This document shows, piece after piece, positions 50,267 through 59,835 of a stretch of 64,000 nt of DNA (position 1 is its first letter; each line of letters begins with the position of its first letter). The notes under the pieces are model-generated. The model did no database searches. It had not been told where the DNA came from and saw nothing but the letters and a program-made list of their open reading frames with translations. The stretch is from the NCBI GenBank assembly GCA_903904885.1, contig CAIVED010000027.1:1558-65557 (forward strand). The letters are read 5' to 3'. Made by a program: the position numbers and the translations under genes. This DNA is from an uncultured archaeon. GTDB taxonomy: Archaea > Nanobdellota > Nanobdellia > Woesearchaeales > CAIVOO01.

Positions 50267-51880
50267 ATGAGACAGTACCTGTTTTTTACGCTATTCCCGA
50301 TTTTGCTGCCTATTTTTATTATTGCTGCAATCTTTCTGCCAATTTTTTTGCAGAACCCTTACATAAGCAGTGTAAAATTTTCCGCGAACATCAGCAATAG
50401 CTCTGATATTTATGTTGAAGAAATCATTTCAATTGACTCATTCAGCAATTATTACCGTTCTGATTTCAGGGAGTTTGAGGGAAATGCCATTGTAGAAGAT
50501 ATAAATGTCTATGACACAACGGAAAATGTTCCCGTGCAGTTTGAGTTGGCGCAAAAGGATGGGAAAATAAAGGGCGTTAAATGGACATTTCTAACAAACG
50601 GAAAAAGCAACAGAATAGTCCTGTCCTACCGGTTGAAAAATGCCATTGCTCTTTATTCTGATGTGGCAGACTTTGAATGGAACTACAAAATATCCCGCAA
50701 GACAGGGCCGGGCATTCGCGCCCTTTCCAATATGCCTGAGGTCATAGCATCATATATTGAAGGGGCGAGAACTGATTTCAAATTTTATCTGCCAAGTGCG
50801 GGAATCCATGCCTGGTCCTATCCGCTTAAACAAAGGGACATCAAAATTGGCAACAATACGGTGGATTACGGGGGGCAAACAGGCCGGTTCAGCAGCAGTG
50901 TCAGCCTGGCAAGGGGGATTGATTTCAGGATTGCATTTCCTTCGGGAATAATGGCAGGAAATAAAATTGATGCAGAAGGACTCTCAAAAATAGAAAACGA
51001 GGAAAAAATCATCGGAATAACCAGGCCGTTGGTTAAATTTGCCGCGCCGGTGTTAATTGCAATCCTGCTCTTCCTATTGGTCTATTTTGCTGTTGGCAGG
51101 GAATACAAGACTGAGGGATATGAAGCGGTTTATGAACGGGATATCCCCTACGATTATTCGCCGGCCATAGTAAGCGCTCTTGTCAATCAGGACACAAAAG
51201 AGCCCAAGCAAGAAGACTTCATAGCGGTCATTCTCAATCTCAGCACAAAGGGCTACCTCAAATTCCAGCGGGAAAAAAATGACTATGAAATAACATTCAT
51301 AAACAAGGACATTTCCGCCCTTGCCCGGCACGAACAGCATGCAATCGAAATACTTAAGGAATATTCAACAAACGGAAAGTTGTCGTTTAATTTCCTGAAA
51401 GGCCTTATTGAAAAAGACCAGACAGCATTCAGGATAATGTTTCGCGAGTGGCAGGGCAATGTGAAAAAAGAAGCGGTTGGCATGAACTTTTTTTCAGCTG
51501 CCCCGGCCATAAGGTTGCTGTTCTACATTTTCTGCTTCGGATTTTTAATTTACGGAATGGGCCTCGGGCCATTTTCGCTGATGATACGGGACACTGTTCT
51601 TTTCCTGGGAATACTCTGCGCAATAATTCTTGTTTTCGCCATGAACATAATTTTCAGGCAGGCGCTGCCTAAAAGAACAAGGAATGGCTCGCTTCATTAC
51701 GCAAGGTGGATGAACTTCAAGAAATTCCTTGAGGATTTCAGCGAGCTTAAGCGCCATCCTCCGGAATCAATAGTGGTGTGGGAAAGGTACCTTGCCTATG
51801 CACTGTCTCTTGGCGTTGCTGACACTGTGAAGAAAACGATGAGTCTGTCCAAAAAGACAAAAGTGCCGCCAGTTATATGA
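50267..51880 (+). CDS. DUF2207-family membrane protein (no Gly-rich tail)
   Basis: [46 protein letters not shown]; paralog of 52619..54373. Confidence 0.8.
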   Translation: MRQYLFFTLFPILLPIFIIAAIFLPIFLQNPYISSVKFSANISNSSDIYVEEIISIDSFSNYYRSDFREFEGNAIVEDINVYDTTENVPVQFELAQKDGKIKGVKWTFLTNGKSNRIVLSYRLKNAIALYSDVADFEWNYKISRKTGPGIRALSNMPEVIASYIEGARTDFKFYLPSAGIHAWSYPLKQRDIKIGNNTVDYGGQTGRFSSSVSLARGIDFRIAFPSGIMAGNKIDAEGLSKIENEEKIIGITRPLVKFAAPVLIAILLFLLVYFAVGREYKTEGYEAVYERDIPYDYSPAIVSALVNQDTKEPKQEDFIAVILNLSTKGYLKFQREKNDYEITFINKDISALARHEQHAIEILKEYSTNGKLSFNFLKGLIEKDQTAFRIMFREWQGNVKKEAVGMNFFSAAPAIRLLFYIFCFGFLIYGMGLGPFSLMIRDTVLFLGILCAIILVFAMNIIFRQALPKRTRNGSLHYARWMNFKKFLEDFSELKRHPPESIVVWERYLAYALSLGVADTVKKTMSLSKKTKVPPVI

Positions 51881-51900
51881 GAACTCAGTTATAAAATTTC

Positions 51901-52527
51901 TTAACGTGCAACCGCAATGGTGCTTGGGCTTCTTCTTCCGATTATTGGACCGTCAAGAACTTCAAAGCCCGCCTTTCGCAAATTTTCCCTGACCCATCCG
52001 GCATAGCTGTAGGTGCTGAGCTTTCCGCCGGTTTTCATTTTATTCCTGATATTCCTGAAGAATTCTTCGGTCCACAGTTCAGGGACTTTCGCAGGGCTGA
52101 AGGGCGCGAAAAAAACATAGTCTGCTTTTTCTCCGGCTTCCAGGATTTTTTCCCTTGCATCCCCAAACATCATGACAAGTTTGCATCCTTTTGATTCGTA
52201 GACATTTTTGCCCTCAAAAAATCCCCTTACAAATTCCTTTATCATTTCAAAGCTTTTGAAATCCGCATCAATCTCAAGAATTTTTTTTAATATCGTTTCA
52301 TCATTCTCAAAACAATAAACTGTTGAAGGCCCCAGATCCAGCGCAGCCGCAGCACTGTACCCCAAACCGAAGCAGATATCAAAAATCACCTTTCCGGGAA
52401 CAACATCCAATGCCCTGACATGCTTTTCAATGGCCTCCTGTTTAGCTCCATAAAGCGTGTGATAATTATCTCCCACTTCATCACTATGGTAAGTTATTGA
52501 TCCGTCCCGGGTGATTATTTTGTTCAT
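51901..52527 (-). CDS. MnmC1/MnmD-like tRNA methyltransferase
   Basis: TRDGSIT, YH...GA..EA..K, DICFGLGY, FSPAKVPELWT, LSTYS. Confidence 0.8.
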   Translation of the reverse strand: MNKIITRDGSITYHSDEVGDNYHTLYGAKQEAIEKHVRALDVVPGKVIFDICFGLGYSAAAALDLGPSTVYCFENDETILKKILEIDADFKSFEMIKEFVRGFFEGKNVYESKGCKLVMMFGDAREKILEAGEKADYVFFAPFSPAKVPELWTEEFFRNIRNKMKTGGKLSTYSYAGWVRENLRKAGFEVLDGPIIGRRSPSTIAVAR

Positions 52528-52618
52528 GAGTGTGATTCAATTTAGTAACCCTAATAAAGTTATTCCTTACCCATAAAAAACGCTGCTTTTTTAAGCAAAT
52601 AGTTCATTTATCCTAAGA

Positions 52619-54373
52619 ATGAACAAGAAAATCCTGCTTTTGCTGTTTCTGTTAATAATCCCTTTCGTATCCGCAAAATCCTACACCCTTGACAAAGCTA
52701 ACATTGATGTTATTGTTAATGATGACTCAAGTTTGTCTGTAAGTGAATTGATAACATTCAATTTCAACGGGCCTTTCACGTTTGCCTACAGGGATTTCGT
52801 TTATGATAAGGAAGTTATTGAAAATCTTAGTGCCTATGAGTATTCAAACAACCAGACAACTGAACTAAAATCAGAAATAACTTCGGTTAATGGCGGCGAA
52901 AGGATTACATGGCATTATTCCGCGGAAAATGAAAAAAAGCAGTTTCTAATAACATACACGCTGAAAAACGCATTGAAAGTCTACAATGACGTTGCAGAAT
53001 TCAACTGGAAAATCTGGGGCGACGGCTGGGACCATTCCCTGAAAGAAATGGTTGGCACATTTAAGCTTCCAAAAGCGGCTGAAAAGCCAACAGATGTTTA
53101 TTCCTGGGGGCATCCCGCATTAGACGGAAAGATTGCAATACAAAACAACCAAAAAGTGATCTTCCAGGCATTTGACATCCCTGCACAGCAGTGGGTTGAA
53201 TTGAGGGTTATTTTTCCGGCTAGCCTGATTTCAAACGCAGATTCTGCGAGCAGGATTAATTCAGACGGGCTCCAAAACATAATAAACGAAGAAGCCAATT
53301 ACGGCAAGAAATCAGAATCCGCAAAAAAATTCGAGGCGCTTATTGCAAAGTTGTTATTCTGGTTCATTGTAGGGCCAATCATATTAATTATAGTATTGTT
53401 CATTATCCTTTACCTTGCCTACGGCCGGGAGCCGGCTGTAAATTACGAACAGGAATATGAAAGGGAAATTCCCTATGACTATTCCCCTGCAATTGTAAGC
53501 GCGCTGATAGAGCAGGCCAGCAAAAAGCCGAATGCAAGGGATTTTGTCGCAGTCCTCCTCAATTTATGCACCAAGGGCCATCTTAAGCTTCAGGTTATCC
53601 AGAAGAAAAAATTTCTCGGCATTTTCGGCAAGGATTCAGATTACGAAATAATCCTGCAAAAGAAGGACCGCTCAAAACTTGCAGGCCATGAAAAAACAGT
53701 CCTTGGAATAATTGAAGGTTATGCAACAGAAAATAAAATCGCTTTTGAAGAGCTTAAGAGCGAGATACGAAGCGACAGCATGGATTTCAGGATGAAATTC
53801 ATGGACTGGCAGAAGGAAGTTAAGGATGAAGCAACAAAACAGGGCTTTTTTGCAAAAAGCAGCGTTCACCTCATCTTCAATATTATTTGCATAGCGCTGA
53901 TTGTAATTGGCATATTTGTCTTCTCTTTTGGCTTTGGAATTGCAGGTTTCATCGGGCTTTTCATGAACAACGCCATATTCCGGCAGGCTCTTCCAAGGAG
54001 AACAGAAAAAGGGGCATTGCATTACAAAAGGTGGATGAACCTTAAAAAATTCATAAAAGACTTCAGCGCAATGGAGGAGCACCCGCCGGAGTCCATTGTT
54101 TTGTGGGAGAAATATCTTGTTTACGCTGTAACTCTCGGCGTTGCAGATGAAGTGCAGAAAAGCATGAAACTGATTCTGCCGGATAAAAACTACACCAATT
54201 CCACCATATTCATTGGCGCTGTTAATTACCACGCGCTTAGCACAGCAGGATTTGTAAATTCTGTCAACACATTCAGCTCCTCATTCGCAACTGCCTCAGG
54301 CACATCCGGCTCAGGAGGATTCGGAGGAGGCGGTGGCGGCGGTGGAGGAGGAGGCGGAGGGGGAGCTGGGTAA
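52619..54373 (+). CDS. DUF2207-family membrane protein
   Basis: [24 protein letters not shown]-terminal [10 protein letters not shown]...G tail. Confidence 0.88.
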   Translation: MNKKILLLLFLLIIPFVSAKSYTLDKANIDVIVNDDSSLSVSELITFNFNGPFTFAYRDFVYDKEVIENLSAYEYSNNQTTELKSEITSVNGGERITWHYSAENEKKQFLITYTLKNALKVYNDVAEFNWKIWGDGWDHSLKEMVGTFKLPKAAEKPTDVYSWGHPALDGKIAIQNNQKVIFQAFDIPAQQWVELRVIFPASLISNADSASRINSDGLQNIINEEANYGKKSESAKKFEALIAKLLFWFIVGPIILIIVLFIILYLAYGREPAVNYEQEYEREIPYDYSPAIVSALIEQASKKPNARDFVAVLLNLCTKGHLKLQVIQKKKFLGIFGKDSDYEIILQKKDRSKLAGHEKTVLGIIEGYATENKIAFEELKSEIRSDSMDFRMKFMDWQKEVKDEATKQGFFAKSSVHLIFNIICIALIVIGIFVFSFGFGIAGFIGLFMNNAIFRQALPRRTEKGALHYKRWMNLKKFIKDFSAMEEHPPESIVLWEKYLVYAVTLGVADEVQKSMKLILPDKNYTNSTIFIGAVNYHALSTAGFVNSVNTFSSSFATASGTSGSGGFGGGGGGGGGGGGGGAG

Positions 54374-55300
54374 ATGAAAGTCTTGGTAACCGGCGGGGCC
54401 GGTTTCATTGGAAGCCATATTGTTGATTTTCTTGTTGCTAAAGGAAATGATGTTGTTATCATAGACAATTTAAGCACAGGCAAAAAAGAACATCTGAACA
54501 AAAAAGCCAAATTCTATGAAGCGGACATAACCAAGGATATAGACTTCATTTTCCAAAAAGAAAAACCGGACATTGTAATTCATACAGCTGCTCAGGTAAT
54601 GCTGAGGGAATCCATTAAAGACCCGCTTAATGACGCAAAGATAAATATTCTGGGAACGATAAATGTTCTTGAGTCCTGCCGGAAGAATAATGTTAAAAAA
54701 ATAATTTATACATCAACAGGAGGCGCGCGCGTCGGAGAGCCGGAATATCTGCCTGTTGATGAAAAACACCCGCTAAATCCCTGCTCTCCCTACGGCATAT
54801 CAAAGCATACTGCCGAGCATTATGTCTGGATGTACCGCCAATTATATGATTTGGACTATCTCATATTTTGCTTTGGAAATGTCTACGGCCCAAGAGATGA
54901 CCCAAAATGCAAAAGAGTGATTTCAGTTTTCATCGACAGCATGCTCAGGAATGAACCCCCTTTAATATTTGGCGACGGAAACCAGACAAGGGATTTCATC
55001 TATGTTCTTGATTTGGCTGAATTCATTGTAGAAAACATTGGAAAAAATCCAAAGCAAAAATTATTCCATCTTGCAAACAGTGAGCAGATAAGCGTAAATG
55101 AAATTTTCAGGATATTAAAGGAAGTTTCTGGATTCAGGGAAGAAGCCAAACATATTGAAGCAATAAAAGGAGAAGTAAGAGATATTGTTCTTGACACTTC
55201 TCTTGTTAAAAAAGAACTCGGATGGAACCCAAAGCACAGCTTCAATGAAGGGCTAAAAGAAACATTTGAGTGGTTCAAGAAAAATCAATCAGTCCAGTAA
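54374..55300 (+). CDS. NAD-dependent epimerase/dehydratase (UDP-glucose 4-epimerase-like)
   Basis: [25 protein letters not shown]. Confidence 0.92.
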   Translation: MKVLVTGGAGFIGSHIVDFLVAKGNDVVIIDNLSTGKKEHLNKKAKFYEADITKDIDFIFQKEKPDIVIHTAAQVMLRESIKDPLNDAKINILGTINVLESCRKNNVKKIIYTSTGGARVGEPEYLPVDEKHPLNPCSPYGISKHTAEHYVWMYRQLYDLDYLIFCFGNVYGPRDDPKCKRVISVFIDSMLRNEPPLIFGDGNQTRDFIYVLDLAEFIVENIGKNPKQKLFHLANSEQISVNEIFRILKEVSGFREEAKHIEAIKGEVRDIVLDTSLVKKELGWNPKHSFNEGLKETFEWFKKNQSVQ

Positions 55301-55310
55301 GCCTTTTCTC

Positions 55311-55405
55311 ACAAACCTTTCCTCGTCAAACTGGTTCTTTAAGAATTTTGAGCACTCTGACTTGTTCTCCCAGAAATACATGCACTTGTTCTTGAACGCT
55401 GAAAA
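55311..55405. repeat. 95-bp exact direct repeat, copy 1 (orphan 3' end of the small Cys-rich gene)
   Basis: Identical to 56116-56210. Confidence 0.95.
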
Positions 55406-55467
55406 AATAGTTTTTAAATTTTGCTTAAAAATGCGCCTTTTACGGCAGGGGTTTTAGCGCCAAAAAA

Positions 55468-56049
55468 CTAGGTTGGACTTGCCAGGCATTGAAAATCCTG
55501 CGCTGGATGCCAGCAGGACGGGTTTCCCGGACTACAGCAGAATTGTCTGGTGGTATCGCAACATTCATCCCCGCATGGGTCTTCATTAGGGGAATCGCCG
55601 CATACATGAGCTGCTGGGGCTGTTTCCTGAGGCTTAGAACCTGAAAAACAGGAAGGATAGCTCTGCTTCAAATTCAGGGCGGCATCCTGCAATTCCGGGG
55701 GCAGCAAATCAAAAGCGCCAGGCAAAGGCAAGTCCCGCTTCCTAACCTCCTTAATTACAAAAACCTTCTTCCCATCCTTCTCCACTGGAACTATTTCAAA
55801 CTCATAATACTGCAAAAACTTAACAAGCTCATCCTTGCTCGGAACAAAAGCCCTCCAATTATTATCTGCAGTTAAATGGTTAAAATCAAAAAGAGGAACA
55901 TTATTAAAACCCCACTCATTCGAAAGCAAAACAATCGTCCCATCATCAATGCTGCCCCAGTCAATCTTGTCCAAAGCGCCCTGCTCACTATATGCATAAA
56001 CAATTCCAGCAAAAACAACAATAATCAAAATCAATAACAGCCTCTTCAT
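55468..56049 (-). CDS. Secreted protein with Cys-rich C-terminus; cargo between the 95-bp repeats
   Basis: Signal peptide; C-terminal CGD..CGDECC..CC..C..C; strongly G/T-skewed coding strand. Confidence 0.7.
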   Translation of the reverse strand: MKRLLLILIIVVFAGIVYAYSEQGALDKIDWGSIDDGTIVLLSNEWGFNNVPLFDFNHLTADNNWRAFVPSKDELVKFLQYYEFEIVPVEKDGKKVFVIKEVRKRDLPLPGAFDLLPPELQDAALNLKQSYPSCFSGSKPQETAPAAHVCGDSPNEDPCGDECCDTTRQFCCSPGNPSCWHPAQDFQCLASPT

Positions 56050-56093
56050 TTTCCCTATTATGTCATTTAAAGCTTTTAAATCTTACTGAAAAA

Positions 56094-56303
56094 TCAGTTT
56101 AGCAAACCCTTCCTGACAAACCTTTCCTCGTCAAACTGGTTCTTTAAGAATTTTGAGCACTCTGACTTGTTCTCCCAGAAATACATGCACTTGTTCTTGA
56201 ACGCTGAAAATCTCCAGCAGCTGGCGCATACTCCACTCTCTGGCTTTTCTTTTTTTGGTGATTTTTCCCTGCTCATTTTTTTCTGATTCGCCTTCTTTTT
56301 CAT
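56094..56303 (-). CDS. Small Cys-rich protein (start 56303 or 56276)
   Basis: CASC..C.YFWE.K.ECS; 3' end conserved with mostly synonymous changes in the duplicate at 55289-55405. Confidence 0.6.
   Translation of the reverse strand: MKKKANQKKMSREKSPKKEKPESGVCASCWRFSAFKNKCMYFWENKSECSKFLKNQFDEERFVRKGLLN
56116..56210. repeat. 95-bp exact direct repeat, copy 2
   Basis: Identical to 55311-55405. Confidence 0.95.
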
Positions 56304-56377
56304 TAGCCCATGAAAGGGGGGAGGATTTAAAAAGCTTATGTGCAACATTTATAAATAACCATTCCCTAACCGGACCT

Positions 56378-57154
56378 GTGAAAAACGTAAAAGGCCAGAT
56401 AACCCTTTTTGTTATTATTGGCATTGTTATCATAGCAATTATCGCAATTTTCCTTTCTATGCGGTCCCAGGTTTCAGAGACGAAACCAGTTTCAAAGGGC
56501 GTTGATGTTGAACCAGTGCAGCTCTATGTTGAATCCTGCATAAAGTCGGTTGGTGAGGATGCGATTGTTTTCACAAGCAGGCAGGGCGGCTATTTTGAGC
56601 TGCCGGAGCTTTCAACAACGGATTATTTTTCAAATACTGCTTATTACTTTAGCATTGACAAAAACCTGATGCCCTCGCAGGAAAGGGTTGAAAAGGAAAT
56701 TTCAAAATACATGGACAATGAGTTGTTTTTTTGCCTTAAAAATTTTGAGGATTTCAGAAAGGAAGGGATGGATATAAAAATAGCAAACATAAGCACAACA
56801 ACACTGATTCTGCCCTCAAGCGTGCTGTTCAAAGTGAACATGCCCCTGACAATTAAAACACAGCAGGCTAAAACAGGGCTAAGCGATTTCAGCGGCTCGC
56901 TTGAGAATATAAGGCTTAAAACTATTTACAACATCACAAAGGACATGACAGAAGAGCAGATGAAAAAATTTGATTCGATATGCGTAAGCTGCATATTAAG
57001 AATGGCAATTGAAAATGATGTATATATTGACATTCAAAGGCTTGGCAATGACACCATCTTGTTTACAATCACAGACTATAACTCCAAAATAAAAGATGAA
57101 CCGTTCGAATACATGTTTGCAAATAAATACAACCTAACCGGTGCAACCAGATGA
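56378..57154 (+). CDS. Class III signal peptide (pilin-like) protein
   Basis: GTG start after TTTATAAA; KG/QITLFVIIGIVII prepilin cleavage motif. Confidence 0.75.
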   Translation: MKNVKGQITLFVIIGIVIIAIIAIFLSMRSQVSETKPVSKGVDVEPVQLYVESCIKSVGEDAIVFTSRQGGYFELPELSTTDYFSNTAYYFSIDKNLMPSQERVEKEISKYMDNELFFCLKNFEDFRKEGMDIKIANISTTTLILPSSVLFKVNMPLTIKTQQAKTGLSDFSGSLENIRLKTIYNITKDMTEEQMKKFDSICVSCILRMAIENDVYIDIQRLGNDTILFTITDYNSKIKDEPFEYMFANKYNLTGATR

Positions 57155-59238
57155 AAAAGCAGTTTATTTTCATTGCAGTTATTTTTTTAGTGTGCTCTAT
57201 TTATGTTTGCGCAGCCTGCCCTCCGGAATGCTCAACACAGGCAAGCATAACCCCTGACTCTTATAGCAATCAGGCTTCATACTCAAATTCTGATTTCTAT
57301 GCAAACTCAGACCCCGCAAAATGGAAGTGGAATCTTGTGGACTGGAACAATCAGGGACTGCAGCAGGCGCTTAATACAAACCCGGAAGCCAGCAAAAGGT
57401 ACATGGAGAGCAAAGGCTGCCTGAAATGCAGCATTGGCAACACAGGCAATGTAAACCTGGCATTTTCACAAAATGGAATAAGCCACCCTAACGGGGGCTT
57501 TGTTTCAGCAAATTCAAATTATCCGCAGGGAACCTCATTTGAGGCCACAGCGGATAACATAATTGCCCACTACCCTGCATCTTCAACCATCTCTGTCCCA
57601 GTCACAGACACAGTGACTATTGACACTGGGGGTGAAACATTGACTTTAACCGGCTCAAACATGCCTCCGGACACAAACGTCTTCGGAAAAATAACATTCA
57701 AAAACGGCCAGGCCTATTTTAGAACAGACGAGGACCTTTACATAAACTATGTGCAGATAAGCCGTTCAGCCATGACAGGCGAAACCCCATCAAGCAATGA
57801 AGCAATGATATTTTTTACGGGCAATTATGTGCCGGGGGTAACTACGGACTATGTATCAATTAATCCCGCAAGCAAGAACTTTTTTGTCTATGCTGATGAT
57901 GAGCCAGGGGGAATCATCATGAATTTCGGCCCAGGAAACCCTTTTTTTCAATCAAACGATGCTAAGGGGCATCCTATTTTAAGAGATACTGACAAGGTTA
58001 GCCTCTTTGCGGCCTATAACAATGAGATGTACTATGTTGCACCTTCTACAGTTGCGGGGTATCCCGTAGTCAAGGTGAAAGAAACAAGCGACGATAAGCT
58101 TGTTTATTCGGTAACTAATGGACCGTTTAGTTTTTCCAAGAATTATGACAGCAATATAGAGGGCCAAGTAAATGAGATTTTTGCTGAACTCGACCCAAAC
58201 CTAAAACTAACAACCACACCGATGCTTATAAATCCTATAGACAGCAGCGACAACCCAATTATGTCAGCATATGCAAATGGAAAACAGGTCAATCTAACAT
58301 CAATCTCAATCGATGGCCATAACAGGGTATTCTTCATCACAGACACGGGAAGCCTGTCTTTGGACTATGATTTTTATCTTCAGCAGGGTCTTCAGCCAGG
58401 CCAGACACTGCCGCCGCTTGAAATAAATGGCCGCCAGACTAGAACATTTCAGGTTGGCGATTCAAAAATAATAATAACAACTAAAACATATAGTGAAAAC
58501 GACCTGAGGGACATTGTTCAAATGAATCCCGATTACAAGATTATATCAGGGGTTCCTGCAAACAAGATAGATATTTTTAAACAATTTATTGAAGAACTCC
58601 CGGAGGAGATGCTGAATAGTTTCCGAGGCATAGCTGTACAGCCCAATGTGGCTTATACATATGCTGCTGTAACCGAAAGCAAAAAGTTGAGCTATTTTAA
58701 CACCGGCGCACTTAGCAAAGAAGGAGGCATTATTACTGCTCCTGACACTTACTTTTGGTGTGAAGAATGCTCAGATGAATACATTTTCGACAGGATTAAC
58801 GGGCTTCTCATCCATGAGATAGGGCATGAGTTTGTCATGAGAAAAAGAAATGAAGAAGGCCTTGCATGGTATGAATCAGACTCAACATTTGACAAGAAAT
58901 GGGAGGCTACATACGGAAACACGCCTCCGCCCTATGGGAAACTAAGCAAACAAGAAAATCCTTTTACAGTGTCTCTGAAGTGGATAAAGTCAATAGATGT
59001 GCGTAGCGACGACCCCTATGACAGTTTTCTAAACGCCTATGCCAACACAAATAATGATGAATATAAAGCAGTGGCTTTCGAGACATTCAACTCTGACGCT
59101 GAGTATGTTAAAAGCACGTTCCTGGACCCAAATTCAAAGTTTTATGACGCAAGATATTTAAAGCAAATTGAACTCCTCTGCGAAGAAGGCGGGATAAAGG
59201 CTAAGAATTGCCAGGCTTTTGGAGTGCCGTACAAATGA
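57151..59238 (+). CDS. Secreted protein with C-terminal zincin metallopeptidase domain, paralog 1
   Basis: Signal, FY.NSDPA.W.W..VDW, HEIGH, YA.TN..E..A..FE. Confidence 0.75.
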   Translation: MKKQFIFIAVIFLVCSIYVCAACPPECSTQASITPDSYSNQASYSNSDFYANSDPAKWKWNLVDWNNQGLQQALNTNPEASKRYMESKGCLKCSIGNTGNVNLAFSQNGISHPNGGFVSANSNYPQGTSFEATADNIIAHYPASSTISVPVTDTVTIDTGGETLTLTGSNMPPDTNVFGKITFKNGQAYFRTDEDLYINYVQISRSAMTGETPSSNEAMIFFTGNYVPGVTTDYVSINPASKNFFVYADDEPGGIIMNFGPGNPFFQSNDAKGHPILRDTDKVSLFAAYNNEMYYVAPSTVAGYPVVKVKETSDDKLVYSVTNGPFSFSKNYDSNIEGQVNEIFAELDPNLKLTTTPMLINPIDSSDNPIMSAYANGKQVNLTSISIDGHNRVFFITDTGSLSLDYDFYLQQGLQPGQTLPPLEINGRQTRTFQVGDSKIIITTKTYSENDLRDIVQMNPDYKIISGVPANKIDIFKQFIEELPEEMLNSFRGIAVQPNVAYTYAAVTESKKLSYFNTGALSKEGGIITAPDTYFWCEECSDEYIFDRINGLLIHEIGHEFVMRKRNEEGLAWYESDSTFDKKWEATYGNTPPPYGKLSKQENPFTVSLKWIKSIDVRSDDPYDSFLNAYANTNNDEYKAVAFETFNSDAEYVKSTFLDPNSKFYDARYLKQIELLCEEGGIKAKNCQAFGVPYK

Positions 59239-59828
59239 AAAAAACAATATTATTACTGCCCTTTATTTTGCTGTTTACAAACCTTGCGCTGGCAGAGACA
59301 GTGCATTATTACGAATTTAATGTGGTGTACAACAACAGTTATTTCTCGTATAATTCGCTTTCAGTCCAAACACTGCAGGAAGGCCAGGAAATCTGGAATT
59401 TTCCGGGATTGTACCAAGCAGAAGTGGTGTCATCTGACCAAAAGGTGCTAAACTACAGCAAATTTGACCTGCCAAGAGGAGTTTTTTTTGATAATTTCGA
59501 TGAAAACGGGAGTGCCGTATCAGGAGGCAGCATAATTCTAAATGAAACAGAAGCAAGAATCCACCTGCCATACTTCGACAACGCAAAAGAAATAAACATC
59601 TACGACGAAAACGACATAAAGAAGCTGACAATTGACGTTTCAATGTACTCAAAAAACATAACTGCGGCAGTTTGGGAATTGAAACCTGCGCCAATTGAAA
59701 GCATAATCGGAAAACCGATAACCTCGGAAAAGGACAGGCTCAACAGAATTGTTGCAGTTGTAATAATCTCAGTACTTGTAATAATCGTTGAAGTAATCAT
59801 AATCAAAACAAGAAAAAAAGAAGAATAA
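59235..59828 (+). CDS. Secreted, C-terminally anchored partner protein
   Basis: Signal, HYYEFNVVYN..NFPGLYQAEVV, LPYFDNAKEI, C-terminal TM; ATG 59235. Confidence 0.7.
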   Translation: MKKTILLLPFILLFTNLALAETVHYYEFNVVYNNSYFSYNSLSVQTLQEGQEIWNFPGLYQAEVVSSDQKVLNYSKFDLPRGVFFDNFDENGSAVSGGSIILNETEARIHLPYFDNAKEINIYDENDIKKLTIDVSMYSKNITAAVWELKPAPIESIIGKPITSEKDRLNRIVAVVIISVLVIIVEVIIIKTRKKEE

Positions 59829-59835
59829 ACTTGAA

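Noticed and set aside
54320-54370. GGN tandem repeat
   Set aside because: It encodes the ordinary poly-Gly tail of DUF2207 proteins.
55311-56210. Diversity-generating retroelement TR/VR pair
   Set aside because: The core is fully identical, the flanking differences are mostly synonymous and not adenine-specific, and no reverse transcriptase is nearby.
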